64,000 nt of DNA from an archaeon CG10_big_fil_rev_8_21_14_0_10_43_11 (GTDB lineage Archaea; Nanobdellota; Nanobdellia; PEZQ01): the NCBI GenBank assembly GCA_002763265.1, contig PEZQ01000003.1, forward strand, positions 19,761-83,760, given 5' to 3'. Both the position numbers and the translations under genes were made by a program. Every line of letters begins with the position of its first letter. The stretch's first letter is position 1. The notes below the pieces were generated by a model that was not told the DNA's origin, did no database searches, and saw only the letters and a list, made by a program, of their open reading frames with translations. Below are positions 9,606-18,171 of the stretch, piece by piece.

Positions 9606-10949
9606 ATGGACAAGAAAAAAGCAATTCTTATCATGCTTTTTATTGCAAACCTGGTTCTTATCAGCAGCGTTTGGTACTATCAAAACACGCACTTTCGAGA
9701 CCCTGAACACACCATTGATGGCCACACGTTTATCGCGCTTGGCAGAATATTAGGACTCGTTGGCGCGTATCTTATTCTTTGCCAGTTCCTGCTTATTGGT
9801 CGCGTTGCATGGATTGAACGCGTGTTTGGTATGGATAATCTCTCACGCTACCATCACTACAATGGACTTGTTGGCTTCCTTTTTATTGTGTTTCACGTGT
9901 TTTTTATCGTGCTTGGATACTCGCTTAGCTCAAACACGCCATTTATCGAGCAATACTTTGTAATTCTCCAGTCACATATCATGTTTGTCATGGCAAGTAT
10001 TGCATTTTTCATGCTTGCGTTTCTCATCTTGTTTGCGCTCTCAATGGTGTATCTCAAACTCAACTATGAGCTCTGGTACCTCACGCACTTGTTCGTGTAC
10101 GCGGTTGTTGCACTTTCATTTTTCCACCAAGTCATAGGCGGTGCGGATTTTGTTCGTAATAACGCATTTCTTGGCTACTGGCTCGTTCTCTACACCTTTG
10201 TTTTTGTTAACTTTATTGCGTTCCGTTTCATAAAACCCATACGTCAATTCTTCTATCAGGATTATCGCGTTGAAAAACTTGTCAGAGAAACTGAAGATGT
10301 TACTTCAGTTTATATTACGGGAAAACATCTTGAAAAACTCAACACGCGCGCAGGACAATTCTTTATTTTCAGATTTCTCAGCAGAGATTTTTTCTGGCAA
10401 GCACACCCCTTCTCGCTTTCGCTTGCGCCAAACAACAAACACCTCCGTATTAGCATGAAATCACTTGGAGACTTTACAAACGCGGTTCCAAAAAAGCTCA
10501 AACCAGGAACGCGCGTGTTCATTGAAGGACCGCTTGGAAAGTTCACTCAGGAGCGTTCACGTCACGATGAGGTCACGCTTATTGCAGGAGGCATTGGCAT
10601 AACCCCGCTTCGCGCGCTTGCTGAAGCATTTGCAAAACAAAAAAAGAACGTGCAACTCATTTATGGCAATCAGACAAGCACGAATGTCGCGCTCAAACAT
10701 GAGCTTGACGCGCTTGCAAAAGAATACGAAAACTTTTCATGGACGCTTGTAGTCAGTGATGAACCCCACTACAAAGGCGAAAAAGGCTATATTGACACAC
10801 GGTTGCTTGCAAAACACGTTTTAAAACCTGCAAAAAAAGATTATTACGTGTGCGGACCAACTCCTATGATGAAAAGCGTTCGCACATGCCTCAAACAATT
10901 AGGAGTTAAGCGCGGAAATATTCACATTGAAAAATTTTCACTTGCTTAA
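9606..10949 (+). CDS. NOX/ferric-reductase-type flavocytochrome: a 6-TM di-haem domain joined to an FAD/NAD(P)-binding FNR-like domain.
   Basis: TM3 carries H-x13-H (HHYNGLVGFLFIVFH) and TM5 carries H-x12-H (HLFVYAVVALSFFH). The FAD motif HPFS and the NAD(P) motif GGIGITP are both present. Confidence 0.75.
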   Translation: MDKKKAILIMLFIANLVLISSVWYYQNTHFRDPEHTIDGHTFIALGRILGLVGAYLILCQFLLIGRVAWIERVFGMDNLSRYHHYNGLVGFLFIVFHVFFIVLGYSLSSNTPFIEQYFVILQSHIMFVMASIAFFMLAFLILFALSMVYLKLNYELWYLTHLFVYAVVALSFFHQVIGGADFVRNNAFLGYWLVLYTFVFVNFIAFRFIKPIRQFFYQDYRVEKLVRETEDVTSVYITGKHLEKLNTRAGQFFIFRFLSRDFFWQAHPFSLSLAPNNKHLRISMKSLGDFTNAVPKKLKPGTRVFIEGPLGKFTQERSRHDEVTLIAGGIGITPLRALAEAFAKQKKNVQLIYGNQTSTNVALKHELDALAKEYENFSWTLVVSDEPHYKGEKGYIDTRLLAKHVLKPAKKDYYVCGPTPMMKSVRTCLKQLGVKRGNIHIEKFSLA

Positions 10950-11249
10950 AAAATCCCGCCAAATCTGGCTTGTTTGAGGACCAACAGAGTCCTTGTATTT
11001 TCCCTTGTAGAGCGTTATGTCCCCTTGCGGTTTCCAAAACAACATTTGACCAACCTTCATGCCCGCATACACGCGCAAGGGATGGATGGTATGAAGCTCA
11101 AGGGTCCACTGGCGCTTAAATCCGATATCCCCCCCTCCTGAGTTAAGATAGATGTACAAACCCAATCTGCCTACACTGCTTCGCGCCTGCAGAGTTGGCG
11201 CATACCAATCTGAACCCATTTTGACTAATTCCCTTTCCTTGCATGTCAC
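10938..11249 (-). CDS. Hypothetical small protein.
   Basis: 103-aa ORF starting at ATG. It is convergent with the NOX gene and overlaps its end by 12 bp. Confidence 0.3.
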   Translation of the reverse strand: MTCKERELVKMGSDWYAPTLQARSSVGRLGLYIYLNSGGGDIGFKRQWTLELHTIHPLRVYAGMKVGQMLFWKPQGDITLYKGKYKDSVGPQTSQIWRDFLSK

Positions 11250-11344
11250 TATACACCTATAGTTTTACCCTATTAGAACTGGTATGCACAAAAAAGTGAA
11301 ACAATAGTTTCATTTGCCAGAAAAAATACTCATTTTATTTCCTA

Positions 11345-11360
11345 AGACTATAAATAGCAT
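11345..11360 (+). promoter_or_regulatory. Candidate archaeal TATA box for the HAD hydrolase gene.
   Basis: The sequence ctataaatag sits about 25 bp upstream of the ATG at 11379, an arrangement consistent with a leaderless transcript. Confidence 0.35.
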
Positions 11361-11378
11361 AACTGCCCTTTTTATGCA

Positions 11379-12056
11379 ATGCATAGACTTGCATTATTTG
11401 ATATAGACCAAACCTTGTTGCAATGCTCAGCACACCACGCTGACGCATTTTCCTTTGCATTTAAAACCGTGTACAACATTGAAACAAACATTAACACGAT
11501 TTCTTCTCATGGCATGACTGACCAGCAAATCATTATTGAAGTGCTCACTAAAAAGGGTCTTTGCCTTGATGAGATTACGCAAAAACTTGGCGCGTGCATG
11601 GATGCTATGTCCTCCTATTTTGAATCGCTACAAGACGAGCTTACTGTGGTTTCTATGCCTGGTTCTCGTGACCTGCTTGATATGCTTGTTTCTCACGCGT
11701 TTGACCGGGGTCTTGTTACGGGAAATCTTGAACGTATAGCTCATACAAAACTTGAGCGTGCAGGCATGCGCGCGTATTTTAAAGCGGGCGGATTTGGCAG
11801 TGATGGGCTGCTGCGAGAAAACCTGATAAGAATTGCACTTGCGCGACTCAAAAAAACGTATGATGCAACCTTCTTGTTTGGCGACACGCCAAGTGACATT
11901 GCTGCTGCAAACCATGCAGGCGTTATAAGCATTGGCGTTGCTACTGGTGATTATTCAGTGAAGGATTTGCGCGAAGCAGGAGCTGTTTATGTTGTTAAAA
12001 ATCTTGTAAACACGCGCCAGATTCTAAACCTTCTTCTTTCTCACAATAACCCTTAA
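11379..12056 (+). CDS. HAD-superfamily hydrolase (phosphatase or beta-phosphoglucomutase-like).
   Basis: Motif I FDIDQTL (DxDxT) and motif IV GDTPSDI. Confidence 0.75.
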   Translation: MHRLALFDIDQTLLQCSAHHADAFSFAFKTVYNIETNINTISSHGMTDQQIIIEVLTKKGLCLDEITQKLGACMDAMSSYFESLQDELTVVSMPGSRDLLDMLVSHAFDRGLVTGNLERIAHTKLERAGMRAYFKAGGFGSDGLLRENLIRIALARLKKTYDATFLFGDTPSDIAAANHAGVISIGVATGDYSVKDLREAGAVYVVKNLVNTRQILNLLLSHNNP

Positions 12057-12084
12057 ATCAACTGAGATTGTTTTACACCGGTGT

Positions 12085-12513
12085 ATGGAGCTTAAAATTT
12101 TTCGCGAAGATAAAACACTTCCCCTCCCCCAATATCAAACCTCTGGCAGCTCTGGTTTTGATTTGCACTCAGCAGAAGAGATAACAATCAAGCCAGGAGA
12201 ATTTAGAGGGGTATGTACGGGAATGCGTTTTGCCATCCCGCACGGTTTTGAAGGACAAGTCAGGCCACGAAGCGGTCTTGCACTCAAAAAAGGCATCAGT
12301 GTTGTAAATACGCCGGGTACGCTTGATTCAGACTATCGCGGGTTGCTTTATGTTATTCTTATCAATCATGGTAAGGACAATTTTTTCATTAAAAAAGGAG
12401 ACCGCATTGCGCAAATGGTCATAAACAAAGTTGAATTTCCACGACTCGTTGATGCAAAATCACTAGACACCACTGAACGCGGCGAAGGCGGTTTTGGAAG
12501 CACAGGTACCTAA
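12085..12513 (+). CDS. dut: dUTP diphosphatase.
   Basis: The dUTPase motifs RSG, GTLDSDYRG, GDRIAQ and a C-terminal RGEGGFGSTG. Confidence 0.9.
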   Translation: MELKIFREDKTLPLPQYQTSGSSGFDLHSAEEITIKPGEFRGVCTGMRFAIPHGFEGQVRPRSGLALKKGISVVNTPGTLDSDYRGLLYVILINHGKDNFFIKKGDRIAQMVINKVEFPRLVDAKSLDTTERGEGGFGSTGT

Positions 12514-12595
12514 ACGGTGCGTACTTTGCGATTTTTTTTAGTTTACTGTTACTCGTACAGTACCTTTTTATTTCATAACTTTTGTATTAGATTAT

Positions 12596-12919
12596 ATGGG
12601 TATTATTATCGGAGGACTCAGCTTCTTTATCGGCTTGCTGTTACTTACCATACTCATACTCTTATTGCTTGTGCAAGCAATTGGCGCGCAAAAACCTGGC
12701 GCGCTTCTTGTAGTCCTCTTGCTTGTCAGCAGCGCAGTTTTGCTTGTTTACGCTGGTGTCCGTGCGCAAACCAGTGAAGAACAATCAGTTACATTCAACT
12801 TCCCTTTTAACATGAGCATCACACTCCCTCTTCTTGAACGTGAGTCTGTGGCAAATGAAACAAACGTATCTCTTGAGCAGAATGGCACTCAAGAAAATAC
12901 AACCCTACCCCAATCATAG
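12596..12919 (+). CDS. Small membrane-anchored protein with several N-glycosylation sequons.
   Basis: Two N-terminal TM segments and a tail containing NMS, NET, NVS, NGT and NTT. Confidence 0.35.
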   Translation: MGIIIGGLSFFIGLLLLTILILLLLVQAIGAQKPGALLVVLLLVSSAVLLVYAGVRAQTSEEQSVTFNFPFNMSITLPLLERESVANETNVSLEQNGTQENTTLPQS

Positions 12920-12953
12920 TTAGGCATACAAAAAAAGGACTCTCAACATCTTC

Positions 12954-13520
12954 TTATACAACTACGCGTTCAATAATCTCTTTTAGCGCGTTTACATCAC
13001 TTTCTGAACGGGAACTCATTCCAATCTTCATGTATTTGCACGCAACAAGAACTGTTGGATAGCTTTGCGTTGGATTAAACGCTTCAAACACTGCTTGCCT
13101 GTTCTTGCTCATAGAACCCATGTATAACGTTTCAACCGCGACTTTGTCTAAAACTGTGCTAAGCGCGTCTTCAACTACGTGAAGTGCGTTTTGCGTCCAA
13201 GTATGGTCTTGTTTGCCAAATATCATAACAAGCGGTTTTCCACTCTTCAAGCACAACTGTTGGTCGCTCTCAACATATCCTTGCACGCTTGTTCCAGAAT
13301 ACAGCACTTGGGCAGGTACGGCAATGCTTTGTTCATCCTGCTGCAAACCGGTCTCGTCTGCAAATTGGAATGAATCAGCAATGCGTGGCAAATTAATCAA
13401 GACAAGCAAGCCAATGGCAAGCACAATCAAAAGAAGCCATCGATTATCCCAGCTATGTCGTGCCAGATGCTTTGTAACGCGCTTACTTTTTTGAACAACC
13501 CTTCCCACTTTTTTGCGCAT
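12954..13520 (-). CDS. N-terminally anchored extracytoplasmic protein, possibly with a thioredoxin-like fold lacking CxxC.
   Basis: A basic N-terminus is followed by one TM segment and a beta-alpha pattern around PLVMIFGKQDHTWTQ. There is no CxxC. Confidence 0.35.
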   Translation of the reverse strand: MRKKVGRVVQKSKRVTKHLARHSWDNRWLLLIVLAIGLLVLINLPRIADSFQFADETGLQQDEQSIAVPAQVLYSGTSVQGYVESDQQLCLKSGKPLVMIFGKQDHTWTQNALHVVEDALSTVLDKVAVETLYMGSMSKNRQAVFEAFNPTQSYPTVLVACKYMKIGMSSRSESDVNALKEIIERVVV

Positions 13521-13553
13521 ATTATTACCTATACAATCAAGAGCATATAAATA

Positions 13554-13763
13554 TTATTCAACACGCACCCGTTTTTTGTGACTGGTAAAACCTGAAACAA
13601 TGCTGACTGGTTTCTTGAAAAAATCGCGCAATACGCGCACAAGCTCCTCATTTGCTCTGCCTTTTTGTGCTTGTTTTGTCAGCCAGACTTCAAGTGTGCG
13701 TTCATCAACGCTTTGCACGCGCACTTCTTTTTTCCCGGGTTTTACCCGTACTTCGAATATCAT
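13554..13763 (-). CDS. DUF167 (YggU-like) small protein.
   Basis: 69-aa protein beginning MIFEVRVKPGKK..., matching the DUF167 pattern. Confidence 0.55.
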   Translation of the reverse strand: MIFEVRVKPGKKEVRVQSVDERTLEVWLTKQAQKGRANEELVRVLRDFFKKPVSIVSGFTSHKKRVRVE

Positions 13764-14292
13764 ACAAACTTAGTTCTGCGCCAATTACACCACCAATGCA
13801 GAAGGTGATAATAACATACGCAGCATACACGGTTGGCTTTGTTGCAACAAATGCGAAAGCAGCGATAACTCCCCCCGCAACAATGGCAATAAGATAACGG
13901 AGCGCACCTTCACGGACAAGAACCCCCTGCAACAGGAGGTAGGCTAATCCTACAAAAAGCAGGGCTGCATATTCAGTGGTGTTTACAAATTGCATGAGCC
14001 ACAAAGCCATCACGAGCAGGTATATGTTAAGAAGCGATTGCGTAGCTTTTGCCCGTAGATTTGAAAGAATAAAACCCAATCCCACTCCGCCAAAAAAGGA
14101 GAGTGCAAGCGAGAGCGCTGACCGGTCAAGGGTTTGCTGGACAACAAGCACTACGAGAACAAGCAGAATGCCAAGACGCGCATACTTAAGATAGGTTTCA
14201 TATTCTTTAACTTCAACGTGAAGTCGTTTGCTCATAACCCATCCAACGCTAAACGCAATAAGTGCGAGGACAACTCCCCAAAAACGTATCAT
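13705..14292 (-). CDS. Polytopic membrane protein, unknown function.
   Basis: About six hydrophobic helices. The start was refined to an internal ATG (MIRFWG...) because the track start is TTG. Its 3' end overlaps the DUF167 gene by about 59 bp in another frame. Confidence 0.45.
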   Translation of the reverse strand: MIRFWGVVLALIAFSVGWVMSKRLHVEVKEYETYLKYARLGILLVLVVLVVQQTLDRSALSLALSFFGGVGLGFILSNLRAKATQSLLNIYLLVMALWLMQFVNTTEYAALLFVGLAYLLLQGVLVREGALRYLIAIVAGGVIAAFAFVATKPTVYAAYVIITFCIGGVIGAELSLYDIRSTGKTREKRSARAKR

Positions 14293-14296
14293 AGAT

Positions 14297-14710
14297 TCAC
14301 CATTCTTCAATAATCTTGTCTACCGCGTTCTTTGTTGCCTTTCGATCAACAATAACACACGCCCGCTTCAGGTTGCGGCTAATCATGAAAATGTCGTCAA
14401 GCACGCTATCAAGAGTCATGGCAAGCGAGTTTTCGCGCAGCATGAACTTGTCACGAGAATTTCTAATCCATCCAAGATCCATGAATTCATCAAGGATTTG
14501 AGATGTTTTTTTCATATTTAGATTGAGCTCACCTGAAAGTTCTTGCAGTGTTACGCCCTTTCCATATTTTGACTTCACGAATAAGGTGATAAACAGCTTG
14601 ATGCTATCACTATCAGTTATTCCAAGACTGTTGCAGAGAAACGTGAGAATAGGGCGAATCTCTTGGCTTTCGGGGTAGCGAAGATTTCGCAAATACAACT
14701 TTTCCAACAT
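14297..14710 (-). CDS. Putative winged-helix DNA-binding protein.
   Basis: The central VTLQELSGELNLNMKKTSQILDEFMDLGWI segment resembles an HTH recognition helix and wing. Confidence 0.4.
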   Translation of the reverse strand: MLEKLYLRNLRYPESQEIRPILTFLCNSLGITDSDSIKLFITLFVKSKYGKGVTLQELSGELNLNMKKTSQILDEFMDLGWIRNSRDKFMLRENSLAMTLDSVLDDIFMISRNLKRACVIVDRKATKNAVDKIIEEW

Positions 14711-14754
14711 TATTGTTTTTAATAGCTGTTAAGAGATAAAAACGTTGTGCAGAA

Positions 14755-15942
14755 TCATCTGCCACTCATTATTTCAATCACGTCACCTGATGCGAGTTCA
14801 TGCTCTTTTCCAATGGTTTGCTTTTTTCGAACATCAATTGCTTTGATGAATTTCTTGCCAAAGTCAGTATGCACATGATACGCAAAATCAAGTGCAGTTG
14901 AGCCTGGAGGCAGTAAATAGCAGTCAGGAAGAATGTTGCCGTGCTTGTCGCCAAGCTTGCCTGACGCGCTTCCTGGAAACACATACACATAGTTGAGCAC
15001 ATCAAATACGGTTGTATTCAAAACAGACTGAATCCCGGTTGTGCCAAACACGTTAAGCACATGTTCTTTGATGAAGGTAGTAATTGCTCTTTGTTTTTCA
15101 TCAAGCGCACCCGTCACTTCAAAATGAGCGTCTCCGGGGATGTATTTGATTTTTTCTGCTCTGTCAAGCTCTTTGAGCGCGACTTCAGCCATGCCACTGC
15201 ACGCAATAATGGTGTATTGCGGAAATGCTGTTTTCAGGCGTTCAAAACCATCTTTCCCGCTTACCACATCCATCTTATTTGCTGCAATAATGATTGGCTT
15301 TGTTTTTTTGCGAAGCACTCGCGCAAGACCTTTCAAATCCGCATCTGTCCAGTCACGCACACGTTCACTAAGCGGATGTCTTAAGAGCACGTCCTTTGCT
15401 AAGTCCTCACTCACGCCAAGGCCGCTCATTTGCTTTGCAACTGCTTTATGTACCTCCTTTGCCCCAGCACTTTTTGCAAAGGTAAGCCAACCTTTTTTAA
15501 GAATGCCAAAAAACCACATGTCCAGCTCTTCTTCAAGAAAGGTGACATCACGAACAGGGTCATGTGTTCCTGGCTGCACGCTCTCTCCCTTTTCATTTGT
15601 GCTTCCTGAAGCATCAACAACATGAATCAAAGCGTCACCTTGGCGCAAGTCATCTAAAAACTGGTTGCCCATGCCCTTGCCTTCATGCGCACCGGGAACA
15701 AGACCGGCAACATCAACTAATTCAACAGGCACGAAACGCTCTCCATCAATGCAAAAACCTTCACGCGGATTGCACGTAACATTAAAAAAGGATTCAACAC
15801 ATTTCACGCGTACATACCCTACTGCGTGGTTTGGTTTTATGGTGGTAAATGGATAATTAGCAATATCAACATCAACCATAGTTGCCGCTTTAAAGAGGGT
15901 TGATTTACCTGCTGATGGCTTTCCCACAATACCAATTTTCAT
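14755..15942 (-). CDS. Obg-like GTPase with a C-terminal TGS domain (YchF/DRG-type).
   Basis: G1 GKPSAGKST, G2 FTT, G3 DVAG and a C-terminal TGS-like segment (...GKEHELASGDVIEI). Confidence 0.8.
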   Translation of the reverse strand: MKIGIVGKPSAGKSTLFKAATMVDVDIANYPFTTIKPNHAVGYVRVKCVESFFNVTCNPREGFCIDGERFVPVELVDVAGLVPGAHEGKGMGNQFLDDLRQGDALIHVVDASGSTNEKGESVQPGTHDPVRDVTFLEEELDMWFFGILKKGWLTFAKSAGAKEVHKAVAKQMSGLGVSEDLAKDVLLRHPLSERVRDWTDADLKGLARVLRKKTKPIIIAANKMDVVSGKDGFERLKTAFPQYTIIACSGMAEVALKELDRAEKIKYIPGDAHFEVTGALDEKQRAITTFIKEHVLNVFGTTGIQSVLNTTVFDVLNYVYVFPGSASGKLGDKHGNILPDCYLLPPGSTALDFAYHVHTDFGKKFIKAIDVRKKQTIGKEHELASGDVIEIMSGR

Positions 15943-16039
15943 GTCTCTTCAAACAAAAATACATGAATTCATATTTAAGCCTTTAAGTGTTGATTGCCTT
16001 TCGATTTATTTAAATAACATTTTTGCAAACAACACTCAC

Positions 16040-16714
16040 ATGGACAAAGACTCGGTGACTCGAACAATTGATACGTATGATGTAATTGCCAAGTCCTATA
16101 CGCGCGCGAATGCGTCTATTAAACCGTACCAAGAATTCTTAGACCTCTTTCTTTCACATGTGGGTGAACCTAGTTTAGGACAACAAAAACACATTCTTGA
16201 TAGTGGGTGCGGACCCGGTTTGTCTCTTGCTTACTTCTGCAAAAAAGGGTATGCTGCGTATGGATTTGACTTAAGTGAAGGCCAACTTGCACTTGCGCGA
16301 AAAAACGCACCCGATGCAAAACTCTACAAACTTGATATGCGCGATTTTTCAAAAAATGTTTCCTTCCAATTTGATGGCATTTTGAGCATGGCATCTCTGT
16401 TACACATTCCAAAAGAGCAATGTCCTCTTGTATTGAGCGAATTTAACAAAACACTCAAAGATGACGGCACGCTTGCGATTGCTCTTCGAGGCGGTAGCGG
16501 TGAATCATATGAAGAAGAAACATACACTCACTCAGGCCACGCTCGATTCTTTGCGTACTACACGATAAGCGAATTGCGCGAACTTCTAAACAAACAAGGA
16601 TTTAGAGTAACGTATGGCACCACGATTCAGGAACAAAGAAGAAACTTTCTCTGGATTAATTTACTTGCAAAAAAAGGCTTAGAAGAAACACTCAAAGACA
16701 ACGCTGAACGTTAA
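16040..16714 (+). CDS. Class I SAM-dependent methyltransferase.
   Basis: Motif I ILDSGCGPGLS and motif II/III around DGILSMASLLH. The track ORF begins at 15941, head-to-head with the GTPase ATG. An internal ATG at 16040 (MDKDSV...) with an upstream tttaaataa TATA-like element is the more plausible start. Confidence 0.7.
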   Translation: MDKDSVTRTIDTYDVIAKSYTRANASIKPYQEFLDLFLSHVGEPSLGQQKHILDSGCGPGLSLAYFCKKGYAAYGFDLSEGQLALARKNAPDAKLYKLDMRDFSKNVSFQFDGILSMASLLHIPKEQCPLVLSEFNKTLKDDGTLAIALRGGSGESYEEETYTHSGHARFFAYYTISELRELLNKQGFRVTYGTTIQEQRRNFLWINLLAKKGLEETLKDNAER

Positions 16715-16755
16715 GTTCTTAATTTTTATAACACGCAATTGTTCAATACCTGTTT

Positions 16756-17085
16756 GTGTTTGAACTCGAAAAAAAATTAATACTATCTGGAATGAAGCTT
16801 ATCCTGTATGATAACACAAAAATTGTTGCTCACGCATATTTGTACTTGCTTTACAATGATTTACACGCGCAGCCGTTTGGATTAATGGAAGATGTCTTTG
16901 TAGAAGAACCATATCGCGGCAAAGGTATTGGTTCAAAACTTGTTGAAGAACTTATAACTGAAGCGCGCGCGCAACATTGTTACAAACTCATTTGCACAAT
17001 TCGCCACGAAAAACCACGCGTGCACGAACTTTACAAACGATTAGGTTTTTTTGAGCAGGGTCTTGAATTTAGAATAAATTTTTGA
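16756..17085 (+). CDS. GNAT-family N-acetyltransferase, an unusually short or N-terminally truncated domain.
   Basis: Motif A VEEPYRGKGIGSKLV. Only about 45 aa precede motif A. The track start is GTG and the first ATG is at 16792. A ttttataa TATA-like element lies upstream. Confidence 0.55.
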   Translation: MFELEKKLILSGMKLILYDNTKIVAHAYLYLLYNDLHAQPFGLMEDVFVEEPYRGKGIGSKLVEELITEARAQHCYKLICTIRHEKPRVHELYKRLGFFEQGLEFRINF

Positions 17086-17126
17086 TAACGCTTTTATACC
17101 CCAGACGTTTTTTTTTCACAGCACGT

Positions 17127-17693
17127 ATGAGACTTGAAACATGGGATGATATGGTTTACTCACCACGAGAAGATTCCTTTGCGCTTCTTTGGCATGTTAA
17201 AGCGCTTTGCAAAGGAAACATGCTGGACATGGGTTGCGGCAGCGGCATTCTTGGCATAGGTGCTGCACTTCGCGGCTGTACGGTAACGTGCGCTGATCTC
17301 AACCCGCTCGCGCTCAGCCTTACTGAAAAAAATGCAGAACACAATAAAGTAACCATCACTACCGTGCTTTCAAACCTGTTTGAAAACATTGATGAAACCT
17401 TTGATTTCATGTCATTTAACCCACCCTACCTTCCAAATGAGCAACGAATTCGTGTTGATTTGATGGGTGGCAAGAAAGGCAATGAAATAACCATTAATTT
17501 TCTCAAACAAGCAAAAAAACATCTAAGCAAAGAAGGAGTGATACTTATCACGGTCTCATCGCTTTCACAGGCGGACGAGACGTTTGGTGCAATACGCGAA
17601 CTTGGCTATTGCTATGACCTTCTTGAAACAAAAAAGTTTGATTTTGAACGCCTCTACCTTGTCAAAATCATGCATGCTTCTTCACGTATGTAG
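17127..17693 (+). CDS. HemK/PrmC/Mtq2-like N5-glutamine methyltransferase with an NPPY motif.
   Basis: VYSPREDSFALL N-terminal, SAM motif LDMGCGSGILG and catalytic NPPY. The start was moved to an in-frame ATG because the track start is TTG. Confidence 0.7.
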   Translation: MRLETWDDMVYSPREDSFALLWHVKALCKGNMLDMGCGSGILGIGAALRGCTVTCADLNPLALSLTEKNAEHNKVTITTVLSNLFENIDETFDFMSFNPPYLPNEQRIRVDLMGGKKGNEITINFLKQAKKHLSKEGVILITVSSLSQADETFGAIRELGYCYDLLETKKFDFERLYLVKIMHASSRM

Positions 17694-18171
17694 CAAATGC
17701 AAATCCCTCATGCTCATCTTGTGTAATGCACTGCCATTCCTCTCCAATCCTTGGAAATCGTGCAATTTTTTCACCTTCAATTGTTTGATATACATGCGTT
17801 ATTTCAAGACGGTCTGCTAATAGCAAGGCTTCCTGGTAAATTTTTTGACCTCCAATAACAAATACCTGAGAGTAATCAATCCCGGCTGCAGGGGGCGAAT
17901 TATTTGACAAATCGTTAATCGCATCGCCTAATGAGGTGTACGCGTGTGCTCCTGCAAAGTCTGAACGCGTTTTTGAAAGCACAATATTCAAGCGATGCGG
18001 AAGCGCGCGCCCAATTGACTCATACGTGTTTTTTCCCATAATAATGGGATGATTACTTGTTAGTTGCTTAAAACGTGCAAGGTCTTGTGGGATATTCCAT
18101 GGCAGACAGTTATCCTTACCAATAACTCCATTTTCTGAAACTGCGGCAATTACAATTAATTCAAGGCTCAT
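17668..18171 (-). CDS. folA: Dihydrofolate reductase.
   Basis: IVIAAVSENGVIGKDNCLPW, IMGKNTYESIG and NIVLS match DHFR. Its ATG overlaps the thyA stop in an ATGA arrangement. Confidence 0.88.
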   Translation of the reverse strand: MSLELIVIAAVSENGVIGKDNCLPWNIPQDLARFKQLTSNHPIIMGKNTYESIGRALPHRLNIVLSKTRSDFAGAHAYTSLGDAINDLSNNSPPAAGIDYSQVFVIGGQKIYQEALLLADRLEITHVYQTIEGEKIARFPRIGEEWQCITQDEHEGFAFATYVKKHA

